Part shown: positions 1 through 10,052 of the stretch, piece after piece
Layout: the number at the start of each line of letters is the position of its first letter
How positions within the stretch are numbered: the first letter of the stretch is position 1
From: an uncultured Bacteroidia bacterium
GTDB lineage: Bacteria; Bacteroidota; Bacteroidia; Palsa-948
Length of the DNA stretch: 64,000 nt
NCBI GenBank assembly: GCA_964481195.1
Contig: CAYZTB010000006.1
Location: 13,250 to 77,249 of the forward strand
Reading direction: 5' to 3'
Notes under the pieces: model-generated
Seen by the model: only the letters and a program-made list of their open reading frames with translations
Told to the model about the DNA's origin: nothing
Databases searched by the model: none
Program-made: the position numbers and the translations under genes

Positions 1-740
1 TTTGCAGCATTAAAATCCAGCGCTACAAATATGATATCAGCATTGGGTGCAACACCTTTGTATTTGTTCATAGCAAGGCCATTGCCGGCTGCAATGGAAG
101 AAACGTGAGTTCCATGCCCATAATTGGTAAGCGCAGTTGTTAAGTGGGCAGTAGCTTTGCCGTTATCAATATCGGTGTTGTTCCATTCTTGGCCATAATT
201 AAAAGGAAGAGGTGGCACGGAGTCATTTAATACTTGATCCCATAAAAATTTAATTCTAGTTTTTCCGGTGCTATCTTTAAAGTCTGGATGTGTATAATCA
301 ATACCGGTGTCAATGATTCCCATCACAACGCCATCGCCTTTATAGGGTTGAGCTAATGGACCGCTACCATTGTGTACAGGTATCACTCGGGTGTGAATCA
401 GCATGGTGTCGCTGAGTGTTTGTAGTTTGGAGTAAGGGCTTTTAGTTTCAATGCGATTTACAAAAGTTTGATCTGCTAACACCGTTAAAAATTTTGCTTG
501 TAGGCTTATGGAGGCAATATCATCTGCTGAATAGTAGAAGGAGCCGTCATGTTGTTCTGTGAATATTTTTATTTCGCGTACAGAACCTTTGACAAGCATT
601 TTAATATTTTTTTCTTTATTTGAACCATCTGCAGCAATTAAGGCAGCTCCAAAATTCATTTTTACATTTTTTTGGGCATGGCAAGCCTGATGTAAAATAG
701 AAAAGAAAACAAAGGGAAGGATAATTAACAATCTATTCAT
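1..740 (-). CDS. S8 family (subtilisin-like) serine peptidase, N-terminal part; gene runs off the window start
   Basis: Reverse-strand translation starts MNRLLII with a signal-peptide-like N-terminus. It contains the catalytic Asp motif GIIDTGID and the catalytic His motif [11 protein letters not shown]. The ORF is still open at position 1. Confidence 0.8.
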   Translation of the reverse strand, partial: MNRLLIILPFVFFSILHQACHAQKNVKMNFGAALIAADGSNKEKNIKMLVKGSVREIKIFTEQHDGSFYYSADDIASISLQAKFLTVLADQTFVNRIETKSPYSKLQTLSDTMLIHTRVIPVHNGSGPLAQPYKGDGVVMGIIDTGIDYTHPDFKDSTGKTRIKFLWDQVLNDSVPPLPFNYGQEWNNTDIDNGKATAHLTTALTNYGHGTHVSSIAAGNGLAMNKYKGVAPNADIIFVALDFNAA

Positions 741-843
741 TTAATGAAAGCTATGAAATTCAAAGATAATGATATTAATAATTAATCGGAACAGTTTTTG
801 ATTTATATGCTTAACATAGTTTATTAACTTCGTATCTAGAAAA

Positions 844-1506
844 ATGAACAAATCATACCTCCATAAGCAGTTTTTTACTATTCTTTTTTTTGTAGCAATA
901 TATGTTAATGCATTTGGGCAGCAAAAAACCATACAATATGATAGGGATTTTCAATTTAGAGAGGGGGTTTATTTTACCTATTTAGATTTTAAAAATAACA
1001 ATCCAATTCCTACCTCTAAAATTATTTCAGACTACAATAAAAATAATCGTGATTTTATTAGTAGCGTTTTAAATAAGCCAGATTTTAAATATATAGATGG
1101 CTTTGGTAAAGAGAATACGTATACATCAAATCAAATTTGGGGCTATTGCTCCAATGGAACAATCTTTGTGAATCACGGTACAGATTTCAATAGGGTTAAT
1201 ATTATCGGAAGTATTTGTCACTTTGTCGCTACTGTTAAAGTTCGCATTAGCGCTGCAGACCCTTTTTATAATAATCAACCTTTTGGATCACAAGATAGGT
1301 TTACTTATTCCACAGAGCAATTTGTAATAGACTATGAGTCAGGAAAAATCCTTCCTTTCTCCACAGGAAATATGGAAGCACTCCTTTCTAGAGATGAATT
1401 AATTTATCAGGAATTTAATGCTCTTAAGAACAGAAAAAAAAGAGAATCGATATTTTTATATTTGAGAAAATATAATGAAAAGCATCCTATTTATTTTCTA
1501 GAGTAG
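844..1506 (+). CDS. Hypothetical secreted protein (220 aa, N-terminal signal peptide)
   Basis: Intact ORF with a hydrophobic N-terminus ending in FGQQ. No recognisable catalytic motif. Divergent from the S8 peptidase gene. Confidence 0.5.
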   Translation: MNKSYLHKQFFTILFFVAIYVNAFGQQKTIQYDRDFQFREGVYFTYLDFKNNNPIPTSKIISDYNKNNRDFISSVLNKPDFKYIDGFGKENTYTSNQIWGYCSNGTIFVNHGTDFNRVNIIGSICHFVATVKVRISAADPFYNNQPFGSQDRFTYSTEQFVIDYESGKILPFSTGNMEALLSRDELIYQEFNALKNRKKRESIFLYLRKYNEKHPIYFLE

Positions 1507-1554
1507 GTTATGCTTTAGGCTTTGACGTGTCTAATAATAATTGAAACAGGTATA

Positions 1555-2793
1555 CTATTTTATTTCTTCATAAGGATTTTCATTCTTTTCTTCCCCTAAA
1601 ATTATCCTGCTAGCTTCAGAGAATTCTGTTTTAGTAAACATAAGCCCAATCATCATGATTAAGCTAGAAACAATAATTACATAGTAAATAATCCCATCAT
1701 TAAATACGGTTGATTGTAAGCCAACAGGAATGCTGTAAAATAATACTACGGTTACTAGCCCTCTAGGAGCAATAAACAGCTCTGGGATCACATGGGTTTT
1801 AGAAATAAAACGAAGAAAGATAAATCTAACAAAAAGAATACATGCAATAATTGCTGATCCGGTTATTATTACTTCAGGTTCAATGAGTGAAAAAATATTC
1901 ATGGTATATCCAAATAAAATAAAAAAGAAGGTGCGAATCAGGAAAGCCGATTCGGCAGTAAGTAATTTTAACTCCGCAGTAACCGAAGACATTTTTTCAA
2001 GATGTAAGATTTCGGCAAACTTCCCTTTTATGAAATATTTATTATTGTTTAGCATCATGCCAAACACAAGGATTAAAAGCAGGGAGGGGAGGTGAAACAC
2101 TTTTCCAATGGCGTAGATGAGTATTAGAATAGCAAAAATCAAGAATGATTTAATATGTGTCTTTAAGCTGTTAAGCATAAGCACTAAAAATGCAGAGCTC
2201 ACTATTGAAATAATAATGATGTAAAATAGGTTTAGGAAAAAATCTACAAAAGATTCCGAAGACATTACATTATCCAGAATGGCAAAATTAAAAACCATAA
2301 TTCCTATAATATCTGAAAAGGTAGATTCGTAGATAATGAACTCTTTTTTATGTTCGCTTAAACCCTTTACTGAAGGAATTGCAATTGCGCTACTAATAAC
2401 ACCCATGGGAATCGAATACACCATCGCATTTTGTATGCTCATGCCAAGGTGATAATGCAAAATAGAGTATATGAGCCCACTCGTTCCTGCTAATATGAGT
2501 ATTGATGATAGAAGCGACTTGCCTATTAATGGCAATTTGCTTTTAGTTACTTCTAAATCTAAAGAGCCTTCTAGAACTATCATGATTAAGCCAATGACTC
2601 CAAATAGGTCTAGAAAAAATCTAGTGCCTTCTATTTGGATTCCCAATCGGTCTCCAAGTATCTTTATGCCTACACCCGTTGAAAGCAATAAAATTACTGA
2701 AGGTATTTTTATTGACTTTGCTATCATATTAAATAAATAGGATAGAATAGTCAGAGAGCTGAGTGTAATTATTATGTTATTTACTTCGTTCAT
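1555..2793 (-). CDS. Cation:proton antiporter (CPA1-type Na+/H+ exchanger family) membrane protein
   Basis: 412 aa with about 11-12 hydrophobic helices throughout. Size and overall layout are typical of Na+/H+ exchanger family proteins. The family call is by general resemblance, not a diagnostic motif. Confidence 0.55.
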   Translation of the reverse strand: MNEVNNIIITLSSLTILSYLFNMIAKSIKIPSVILLLSTGVGIKILGDRLGIQIEGTRFFLDLFGVIGLIMIVLEGSLDLEVTKSKLPLIGKSLLSSILILAGTSGLIYSILHYHLGMSIQNAMVYSIPMGVISSAIAIPSVKGLSEHKKEFIIYESTFSDIIGIMVFNFAILDNVMSSESFVDFFLNLFYIIIISIVSSAFLVLMLNSLKTHIKSFLIFAILILIYAIGKVFHLPSLLLILVFGMMLNNNKYFIKGKFAEILHLEKMSSVTAELKLLTAESAFLIRTFFFILFGYTMNIFSLIEPEVIITGSAIIACILFVRFIFLRFISKTHVIPELFIAPRGLVTVVLFYSIPVGLQSTVFNDGIIYYVIIVSSLIMMIGLMFTKTEFSEASRIILGEEKNENPYEEIK

Positions 2794-2858
2794 TTATGAT
2801 TTGTGTAAAGTAGAGAATAAGCAAAATTAAACAATGAATGGTAAAATGTTCAATGGTA

Positions 2859-3179
2859 TCAAATAGCCTTCTTGCTTTTTCTTGCAGTAATTTTCTGCAC
2901 TTTTTTTCTTCTCATGATTTTTAGTAGGCCATCCACAGAAGTTGAGATAGACTTTTCAAGCGATTCAGAATTTTTTTTAATAAAGTGATCATTTCCTTTA
3001 ATGACTAAACGAATTTCACAATACTGATTTTTTGTACTTTTCTTTTCGCCTTCATAAAGGGTTACATCTGCTCGTATAATGCTTTCATTTTGTATAAATA
3101 ATTTCTTTATTTTTTTATTTGTAAATTCTTTTAATGATGAGCTGGCTTTAAAGTTTACTGATTGAATTGTTGTTTTCAT
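2859..3179 (-). CDS. hpf: Ribosome hibernation promoting factor (short HPF/RaiA family)
   Basis: 106 aa. N-terminus MKTTIQSVNFKASSSLKEF...KKIKKL, a central IRLVIKGNDHF segment, and a VDGLLKIMRRKK tail all match the conserved HPF/sigma-54-modulation-protein pattern. Confidence 0.7.
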   Translation of the reverse strand: MKTTIQSVNFKASSSLKEFTNKKIKKLFIQNESIIRADVTLYEGEKKSTKNQYCEIRLVIKGNDHFIKKNSESLEKSISTSVDGLLKIMRRKKVQKITARKSKKAI

Positions 3180-3203
3180 ATTGCAAGGTAGTTTTATTTG
3201 TTA

Positions 3204-4946
3204 TTACATAATTAATCTAACACCTCCTAGGTCTGAAACTTTATAAGGGAACTTATTGCTTGGGGCACTGATAAACATAAAGTTTTTAGGAATATTCCAC
3301 TCTTTACTTAATTGGTCAATCAATGCGGGAGTAAACTTGCCTGGAATAGTGAGGAAATCAATTTTAATTTCGGGATACATCCTGTCTAACACTTCAAAAT
3401 CTTTAATAAATTCATCAGGAACAAGGTAACCATCCTTAAGTACAGTAACAATCCTCATTTTACTAGTAATTTCATTCTCCTGAACATAAATCATTACTTT
3501 ATTTAATATTGAAATATCATCCACCTTAGAAAAGAATACAAATTCTTGCGAGTTTAATTTTAACAATATATTTTTTATTTTTAAATGACTGAATAATGAA
3601 ATTCTTCGCATTTCATCAATACCGCTTTTAATAATTGTTAACGTAAATTGCAAGATTTCATTCCTGTGCATTAGCGAATAAACTAACAAAATAGAAGGAA
3701 TGAAATACTGTAAAAAAACAACAAGGTAGTCAGGATGCATGCGTATATTTCCGTAGAGTCCAATAATTACACCCAGTAATCCAATAATTACAAAAAAAAC
3801 AGAAGCATGTTCAGGCCGAGGTAAGCGGCTACGTTTTATTTTCAATAATAAATTTCCAATAGCGAAATAAACCATTACTGCAAGAAACGAAATTGTGTAT
3901 ACTCCAGCCATAACCTCAAGTTTTCCGGCTGTAAATACTAAAACTGATATGCATAGGATGTAGAAAATAAGGAGTATTCTGGATGAGCTGCCATTAGAAT
4001 TTTCTTTTAAAAGCAATTGAGGTAAGACACGGTCTAGAGTCATTCGTTTCATTAACCCTCCAACACCTACAAAAGATGTTAGTACTGCACCTGAAAGTAC
4101 TAAAACTGCATCGATAGAAATTACCCATGCCAACCAGTTTCCGCCAGTTTGTTTTCCTAAAAAAGATAAAAGCGATTCTTTGTGTTCTCCAATTTCAGCA
4201 ATTGGAATCACTGCAATTGCTAAAATAGCAATCAAGGGATTGATCACTGTAACTGCTATCCACATATTGCGTAATGTTTTGGGAAATACTCCAATTTCTT
4301 GTTCTTCAACAAAGTTTGCAGAACTTTCAAATCCACTTATTCCAAGCATGGCCGCACTAAACCCAAAAAAAAGTGCAGCGGTAATACTTCCATGAACAGG
4401 CAGGTGAAAATTCTCTATCAAAACAGCTGTGCCATTCATGAATACATATCCAATTGCCGAAAAAATTAATATAGCAAGCGACACTAGATGAAAAATAAAT
4501 ATTCCAACTGCTACTTTGGATGATTCGCTAATACCTTTAATCGTAAGCATTAAAAAGATTGTAAGAACAACAATAGTTGCTATGAAGACGGGGACGCAGG
4601 AAATGATTCCATGTAAATAGTGCATTGCCTCACTAGCTGATATTACTGCAGTAGCCATGTAGGATAAAATAGTAAGACAAGCAGCAACGGAAGCATTAGT
4701 TTTACTTGTAGTATTTAGTAGAATATTGTATGCGCCACCATTTAAGGGTAAGGCGCCAACAGCTTCTCCATATATTTTTCGATATAAGAATAAGACTACC
4801 GAAACGAGTAGGAGTGTTATCCAGGCATATTGCCCCGCATAGATAATTGATAAAGCAGAAACATATAGGCAGGAGGAAGTGATATCATTTCCGCAAATTG
4901 CAGTTGCTGAAAGCTCATTTAATTTCTTAGGATGCGGAGTATTCAT
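3204..4946 (-). CDS. APC-superfamily amino acid permease with a roughly 170 aa C-terminal cytoplasmic extension
   Basis: 580 aa. About 12 TM helices in the first 410 aa with an APC-like arrangement, followed by a soluble C-terminal domain of unknown function. Confidence 0.6.
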   Translation of the reverse strand: MNTPHPKKLNELSATAICGNDITSSCLYVSALSIIYAGQYAWITLLLVSVVLFLYRKIYGEAVGALPLNGGAYNILLNTTSKTNASVAACLTILSYMATAVISASEAMHYLHGIISCVPVFIATIVVLTIFLMLTIKGISESSKVAVGIFIFHLVSLAILIFSAIGYVFMNGTAVLIENFHLPVHGSITAALFFGFSAAMLGISGFESSANFVEEQEIGVFPKTLRNMWIAVTVINPLIAILAIAVIPIAEIGEHKESLLSFLGKQTGGNWLAWVISIDAVLVLSGAVLTSFVGVGGLMKRMTLDRVLPQLLLKENSNGSSSRILLIFYILCISVLVFTAGKLEVMAGVYTISFLAVMVYFAIGNLLLKIKRSRLPRPEHASVFFVIIGLLGVIIGLYGNIRMHPDYLVVFLQYFIPSILLVYSLMHRNEILQFTLTIIKSGIDEMRRISLFSHLKIKNILLKLNSQEFVFFSKVDDISILNKVMIYVQENEITSKMRIVTVLKDGYLVPDEFIKDFEVLDRMYPEIKIDFLTIPGKFTPALIDQLSKEWNIPKNFMFISAPSNKFPYKVSDLGGVRLIM

Positions 4947-5018
4947 TAATTATTATTTATAATTCAGGTATTTCTAAATTCTATCGAATTTTTTATTCAA
5001 TTTTTAATTTGACAGTAA

Positions 5019-6296
5019 TTAAATGTGAAACAGTTGATGTTGGAGGATGTAAACAAATGCCCCAACAAAATACCCAATTAGTGCAAGCAGGGAAATATTT
5101 TTTAGATACCAGAAAAAATCTATTTTTTCCAATCCCATTACAGCAACTCCTGCAGCAGAGCCGATTATTAAAGCGCTTCCTCCTGTGCCTGCGCAGTAGG
5201 CTAAAAATTCCCAGAAATAATGATCGGATGGATAGGTTTGTAGGTCATACATGCCAATTGCCCCTGCTACCATTGGAACATTATCTACAATGGAAGAAAG
5301 TAATCCTATGGACAGCACTATTTGATTTATATCTCCAATTTTTTCATCTAAAAGCTGAGCAAGTGAACCTAATTGTCCAGTTGCTTGCAGACTACCAATT
5401 GCCAGAAGAATCCCTAAAAAAAATAACACACTTGGTGTATCTGCTTTGCGTAAGGCATGTACTACGGAGTATTCACTTTTTTCTTCGTCATTTTTGGATT
5501 TATGTGTTATTTCTGTAATAACCCAAAGAATTCCAAGTCCAAGTAAGATGCCCATATAAGGAGGGAGATGCGTGGCTGTTTTAAATGCCGGAACTAAAAT
5601 TAATATTGAAATACCACTCCAAAAGATAAAATTACGTTCAAAATTAGTCGTTCCTGTATTGTCAGAAGCTTTATTTACTGGATTTAATTTCCCTTTCATT
5701 TTAAAGGATGCAATTAGAAGAGGAACAATCAGGCATGCTAAGCTTGGGGTAAATAATTTTATTATAATATTTTTAGAAGTTACTTGCCCTCCAATCCAAA
5801 GCATGGTAGTGGTAACATCTCCTATGGGAGACCAAGCGCCACCGGCATTAGCGGCAATAATTACAAATCCTAAAAAAACCATTCTATCGTTTCTATCTGT
5901 AATTAACTTTCTTAATAAGGAAACCATTACTATTGATGTAGTAAGATTGTCCAATACTGCCGATAAGAAAAATGTTAGAATAGAAATAATCCATAATAAA
6001 GATCTTTTATTTGTAGCTGTAATTCTGGAAGTTATAATTGTAAACCCATCGTGAGCGTCAATTAATTCTACAATCGTCATTGCTCCTAGTAGGAAAAAGA
6101 GAATTCCTGCTGCATCGCCAAGATGTTCTGCAAGTTGTTCGCCTACAAAGTGGTTGTCAGAACTATATAAAATGTAAACAGTCCAGCACAATACTCCAGT
6201 AATTAAAGCAGAGGCAGCTTTATTAATCTGAACAGAATGTTCAAAAGCGATAAAGAGGTAACCAACAACAAAAATCACCAAAATAAAACTTTCCAT
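5019..6296 (-). CDS. ArsB/NhaD-superfamily ion transporter (NhaD-type Na+/H+ antiporter-like)
   Basis: 425 aa polytopic membrane protein. Glycine-rich re-entrant-like segments (GGAWSPIGDVTTTMLWIGG, AGTGGSALIIGSAAGV) are typical of the ArsB/NhaD/citrate-transporter fold. Confidence 0.55.
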   Translation of the reverse strand: MESFILVIFVVGYLFIAFEHSVQINKAASALITGVLCWTVYILYSSDNHFVGEQLAEHLGDAAGILFFLLGAMTIVELIDAHDGFTIITSRITATNKRSLLWIISILTFFLSAVLDNLTTSIVMVSLLRKLITDRNDRMVFLGFVIIAANAGGAWSPIGDVTTTMLWIGGQVTSKNIIIKLFTPSLACLIVPLLIASFKMKGKLNPVNKASDNTGTTNFERNFIFWSGISILILVPAFKTATHLPPYMGILLGLGILWVITEITHKSKNDEEKSEYSVVHALRKADTPSVLFFLGILLAIGSLQATGQLGSLAQLLDEKIGDINQIVLSIGLLSSIVDNVPMVAGAIGMYDLQTYPSDHYFWEFLAYCAGTGGSALIIGSAAGVAVMGLEKIDFFWYLKNISLLALIGYFVGAFVYILQHQLFHI

Positions 6297-6449
6297 ATAT
6301 GGCTTTTATATTTCTTGCAAATATATAGTAATAATGGCATTTTTTTATTGTGATTAAGTGCAAGTTCGCAACATGTAATAATACCAACGAAGCAAGAACA
6401 TTACCAAAAAAATGTAAGGTAGCTTAGTTTTGGCTCAAGTTGCGAAGAT

Positions 6450-8042
6450 TTATAGGGTGATATCTTGATTGTCTTCTTTATAAGTTAAGGAGTATAGGTC
6501 TTTTCTTCTGTCTTTCCAAGTTTGAACACTTCCCATTTCCCTATTTCTTTTTAGCAAATCAAGGTCTAAATCTTGTGTGATCATAGTTTCGGTATTTGGG
6601 GTTGCCTCTGTTGCAATACCTTCTCTGTGGAATTCTGTATCGGATGGAGTAAAGATGGCAGATTGACCAAAGTGAATATCTAAATTATCAACCTGCGGAA
6701 GATTGCCTACACATCCTGCAATTGCTACGTAAATCTGATTTTCTATAGTTCTGGCTTGAGCGCAATAACGAACTCTTAAATATCCGCGTCTGTCTTCTGT
6801 ATTATAAGGCACAAACATTATTTCAGCTCCCTTGTTTGTAGAAATCCTGCTTAATTCTGGAAACTCTACATCGTAGCAAATCAATATTGAAATTTTGCCG
6901 CAATCGGTATCAAATACTTCGACTTTGTTTCCTGGTTTTACTCCCCACCATTTTTTTTCATGTGGAGTGATGTGAATTTTGTATTGTTTTCCAATAGTGC
7001 CATCGCGTCTGAATAAAAAAGATATGTTATATAGATTTCCTTTTTCTTCTGTTAAATGTGACCCGCCAATAATATTTGTGTTGTATTTGATGGCTAGTTT
7101 AGTAAACAATTCAAGATACTGATCTGTAAATGCTGTTAACTGTCTAACTGCGGTGCCTGGTCTTTTCTTTGGCAAAAAAGTAAGTAATTGCATAGTGATA
7201 AGTTCTGGAAATAATACAAAATCGCTTCGATAGTCAGAAGCTACATCTACAAAGTACTCGCATTGATTTGCAAATTCTTGAAAGTTCTTAATCATACGCA
7301 TTTGGTACTGAACAGCAGAAATTCGTACGTAAGGAGTATCTCTTTTTTTCTTACCTGTTTTTTCATTATACGCAACATTAATCCATTCTAAAAACGTTGC
7401 ATAGCCTCCAGATTCGGTGTCGTTTGGCAGATAATTTGGTAATATTCTTTTTAGTGCAAACCCGTTTGAATGTTGAGAGGTGAGCACCGGGTCAAAGATT
7501 TTTCGGTCCATTACTTTTTCAACGTATTCCTCAACTTTTATTTTGCTTTTATACTTAGCATAATTTGGAATTCTTCCTCCAATTGTAATTCTTTTAAGAT
7601 TTTTATTTTTCACAAGATCTTTCCTGGCTTGATACAGCCTTCTAGAAAGTTTCATATTCCTATACTCTGGATCAACCATAATCTCTGCTCCATATAAAGT
7701 ATCTCCAAGAGGATCGTGGTTAATAAAAAAGCCGTTACTTGTTAATTCAACCCAAGTGGAGGTTTCTGAATATTTGCTGAAATCTAAAATGAGGCTACAA
7801 GAAGAGGCAATTATGTTTTTTTTATATTCAATGCAAATTTGTCCTTCGGGAAATAATTTTAAAATACTGCTAAATTGTTCTATAGACCAAGGTTTCATTA
7901 ATGTAAAGCAACGTAATTGAAGTTCTGCTACTTTTTGGTAATCATCTAGGTGAAGTTTTCTAAGTTTGATTTTTTTTTCAATGTTTTTGTTTTCGGGTTG
8001 CATAAATATCATTAAATGGTTAATTTGGTCTTGATTTGGCAA
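6450..8042 (-). CDS. Bifunctional GNAT-family N-acetyltransferase / carbon-nitrogen hydrolase (nitrilase superfamily) fusion protein
   Basis: 530 aa. The N-terminal roughly 200 aa are GNAT-like. The C-terminal roughly 300 aa begin VRISAVQYQM and carry the nitrilase-superfamily catalytic elements FPE (Glu), a conserved Lys, and the Cys in ILICYDVEFPE. Confidence 0.7.
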   Translation of the reverse strand: MPNQDQINHLMIFMQPENKNIEKKIKLRKLHLDDYQKVAELQLRCFTLMKPWSIEQFSSILKLFPEGQICIEYKKNIIASSCSLILDFSKYSETSTWVELTSNGFFINHDPLGDTLYGAEIMVDPEYRNMKLSRRLYQARKDLVKNKNLKRITIGGRIPNYAKYKSKIKVEEYVEKVMDRKIFDPVLTSQHSNGFALKRILPNYLPNDTESGGYATFLEWINVAYNEKTGKKKRDTPYVRISAVQYQMRMIKNFQEFANQCEYFVDVASDYRSDFVLFPELITMQLLTFLPKKRPGTAVRQLTAFTDQYLELFTKLAIKYNTNIIGGSHLTEEKGNLYNISFLFRRDGTIGKQYKIHITPHEKKWWGVKPGNKVEVFDTDCGKISILICYDVEFPELSRISTNKGAEIMFVPYNTEDRRGYLRVRYCAQARTIENQIYVAIAGCVGNLPQVDNLDIHFGQSAIFTPSDTEFHREGIATEATPNTETMITQDLDLDLLKRNREMGSVQTWKDRRKDLYSLTYKEDNQDITL

Positions 8043-8149
8043 TTTTTTTATTGCTCATTTCAGTCAAAGATAAAATATTTTTTTTAAAAAATGAATAAAT
8101 CCTTAAGCGTTAAGCGAAACTTATTTCCAAGAGGAAGTTAGTGGTATTC

Positions 8150-9022
8150 CTAGAGTTTAACAACAGCTTTATTCAGCTTGTCAAAATGGATTTGAAGTAA
8201 ATAAGAACTTTCGCTATCCTTTCCAATCGTGTTTATTACGGAAGCAATTGGATATTTAAGTTCAATATAATGTATGTAATTATTTACGCTTCCCATTGCA
8301 TTTACAGACACACCTTTATCGTTTTTATACATGATGTTAGTCACAATAGCATATTCAACATTATTTTTGTATAGCATTTTAAGTAAGAGGTCTGGGTCGT
8401 AAATGTAGTAATTTGAATATTTCTTTTTCATTTCTGCAAACAACCCTTCAATATCAGTTTTAGTTTCTGTTTTATTATATAAAAATACGGAATTGATGTG
8501 TTTAGTATATGATTTAGGAAATGAATATATAATGAAGGTTTCTAATTGTTCATTGGTGGCAATCCAAGGAGTTTCAAAATTTATGATAGCTCTGATGTAA
8601 AATCTAGTTTGCTCATAAAGCCTATCAATTTTTTTGGTTTTATTTTTTATTTCTTTTATGGCAAAAAAGTATAAGCCTGTATCTTGTTTAGCGTAACTCA
8701 ATAAGGTGTCTTTAGATATTTTAGGGACGGAGTAAATCGGATAAAATTCTCTACCCGTATAAACAAATGACATGTCTTGTTTTCTGCTTGCTATTTTTTT
8801 ATCTTTTGGGACATGTTCTGCTGCCCATTGACTCATTTTTATGAAGTTACTCCAACCAGGATGTAATCCAAACAGTAAATCTCCCCCTAGGTTTTGTTTT
8901 AATATCTTTGTTGTTGATTTTGCAAATTTATAGGTTTGTTTAACTGAGGTTAACATTAATATGAATGTAAGGATTACAAAAATGTATTGTGCTTTTATAT
9001 ATTTTTCTAAAATGTAATACAC
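8150..9022 (-). CDS. Hypothetical membrane-anchored protein (290 aa)
   Basis: Single N-terminal TM segment (YIFVILTFILMLTSV), then a soluble Lys/Tyr-rich domain. No known motif recognised. Confidence 0.4.
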   Translation of the reverse strand: MYYILEKYIKAQYIFVILTFILMLTSVKQTYKFAKSTTKILKQNLGGDLLFGLHPGWSNFIKMSQWAAEHVPKDKKIASRKQDMSFVYTGREFYPIYSVPKISKDTLLSYAKQDTGLYFFAIKEIKNKTKKIDRLYEQTRFYIRAIINFETPWIATNEQLETFIIYSFPKSYTKHINSVFLYNKTETKTDIEGLFAEMKKKYSNYYIYDPDLLLKMLYKNNVEYAIVTNIMYKNDKGVSVNAMGSVNNYIHYIELKYPIASVINTIGKDSESSYLLQIHFDKLNKAVVKL

Positions 9023-9092
9023 CGTGCTTATTGCAAATAATAAAATGTAGGGGTAGTATATTATTATTAAGCTAGCTACAGGACATTATACT

Positions 9093-9956
9093 TTATCGCA
9101 ATTTTACATTACAAGCGCCAATGTATATGTTTGCATTGTACATTTCAATCTTGTATATACCTGCCTTGAGTTTTTCCTTAGGCTCATAGGTCATTTCAAT
9201 TTTCTTGTTTACTTTAATTTCTGTTTTTGAAAGACTTGCAAAATAATTTTCATCATCATTGCTAGCTGTGTAAGATAATCCGCTCTCGTTACCGCTAATT
9301 TGCTTGCCATCTGGTTTGGTTATTTTTAATGAAATGCTTTCGACCATATTTTCAGGAACCTTAAAGTTTACAGAGATCTTTTTTGTTCTCCTAGCTTGTG
9401 CGGTTAACTTCCCTTTTCGCATGGTAGGCTCAATCAAATAATTGTCTGCTGTCATTGAGCTTAGTATCTCTAAGTTGGTAGCTAGTTGTTTGTTTTCTTG
9501 TTGTGCAGATACTAGAAGTAGATTTAAGTTTTCTTTTTCTTTATTTAAATTTGCTACGGTACGTTCCATTCCCAAGTACTTCTCTTCAAATTCTAACTTT
9601 AGTCGATTTAATTCCTTTAATTGTTTACGGATATTCTGTAAGCTACTATTATCTTTATTGAGGTTTTCTATTCGATTTTCTTTTTCTGTAAGCTTTGAGC
9701 TAGTAACATATAGGAGCTTGTCTAATTCTTCATTTTTTCCTTTTAATGAATTTATGTCTGATTGGAATTTTTCAATTTCTTTTTGAAGTGAAAGTTTTTC
9801 TGACAAGATTAATTCTGATTTTAGTTTTTCATCATGCAATGATTTATTTAAAAAATTGTTTGAGTTGTAGTATACACCGGTACCTATCACCGACATAACT
9901 AACAGTATAATTGCGCTAACTGCAATTATGTTTTCTTTTGTGCTTTTAGTTTTCAT
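9093..9956 (-). CDS. Hypothetical membrane-anchored coiled-coil protein with a C-terminal beta-rich domain
   Basis: N-terminal TM helix (IIAVSAIILLVMSVIGTGVYY). About 150 aa of heptad-like, Lys/Glu/Leu-rich coiled coil. C-terminal roughly 100 aa globular domain. Confidence 0.45.
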   Translation of the reverse strand: MKTKSTKENIIAVSAIILLVMSVIGTGVYYNSNNFLNKSLHDEKLKSELILSEKLSLQKEIEKFQSDINSLKGKNEELDKLLYVTSSKLTEKENRIENLNKDNSSLQNIRKQLKELNRLKLEFEEKYLGMERTVANLNKEKENLNLLLVSAQQENKQLATNLEILSSMTADNYLIEPTMRKGKLTAQARRTKKISVNFKVPENMVESISLKITKPDGKQISGNESGLSYTASNDDENYFASLSKTEIKVNKKIEMTYEPKEKLKAGIYKIEMYNANIYIGACNVKLR

Positions 9957-10052
9957 AGTATTTGTTTTAGTATTAATTGGTGCTTTTTCTAATTCAAAAT
10001 TCGTCTATCGGAATTAAAAGGATATTAATTGGAGGTTAAATATGAATTAAAC

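Noticed and set aside
5009-5518. 169 aa plus-strand ORF, plus other 60-160 aa antisense ORFs (e.g. 1883-2095, 2471-2740, 4180-4395, 5572-6054, 7470-7697, 9442-9786, 10702-11157, 11871-12194, 12237-12503, 13012-14034, 15423-15946, 17417-17826, 18722-19256, 20127-20363, 22874-23129, 25430-25705, 26903-27541, 28792-29079, 29642-29929, 30485-30747, 31093-31281, 32891-33377, 37784-37984, 38719-39636, 40907-41290, 43174-44188, 47150-47401, 48068-48328, 50783-52415, 55397-55690, 56458-56751, 57494-57685, 58427-58672, 59874-60251, 60823-61122, 61615-61839, 62672-62905)
   Set aside because: All lie wholly inside longer, well-supported genes on the opposite strand or in another frame and have low-complexity, atypical composition. 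They are treated as shadow ORFs.
8043-8149. Tandem heptamer TTAAGCG x2 (8127-8140) and the TATTAATTGG direct repeat at 9975-10033, considered as regulatory repeats
   Set aside because: These are very short and AT-rich, so they are expected by chance in roughly 33 percent GC DNA. There is no supporting palindromy or conservation evidence.
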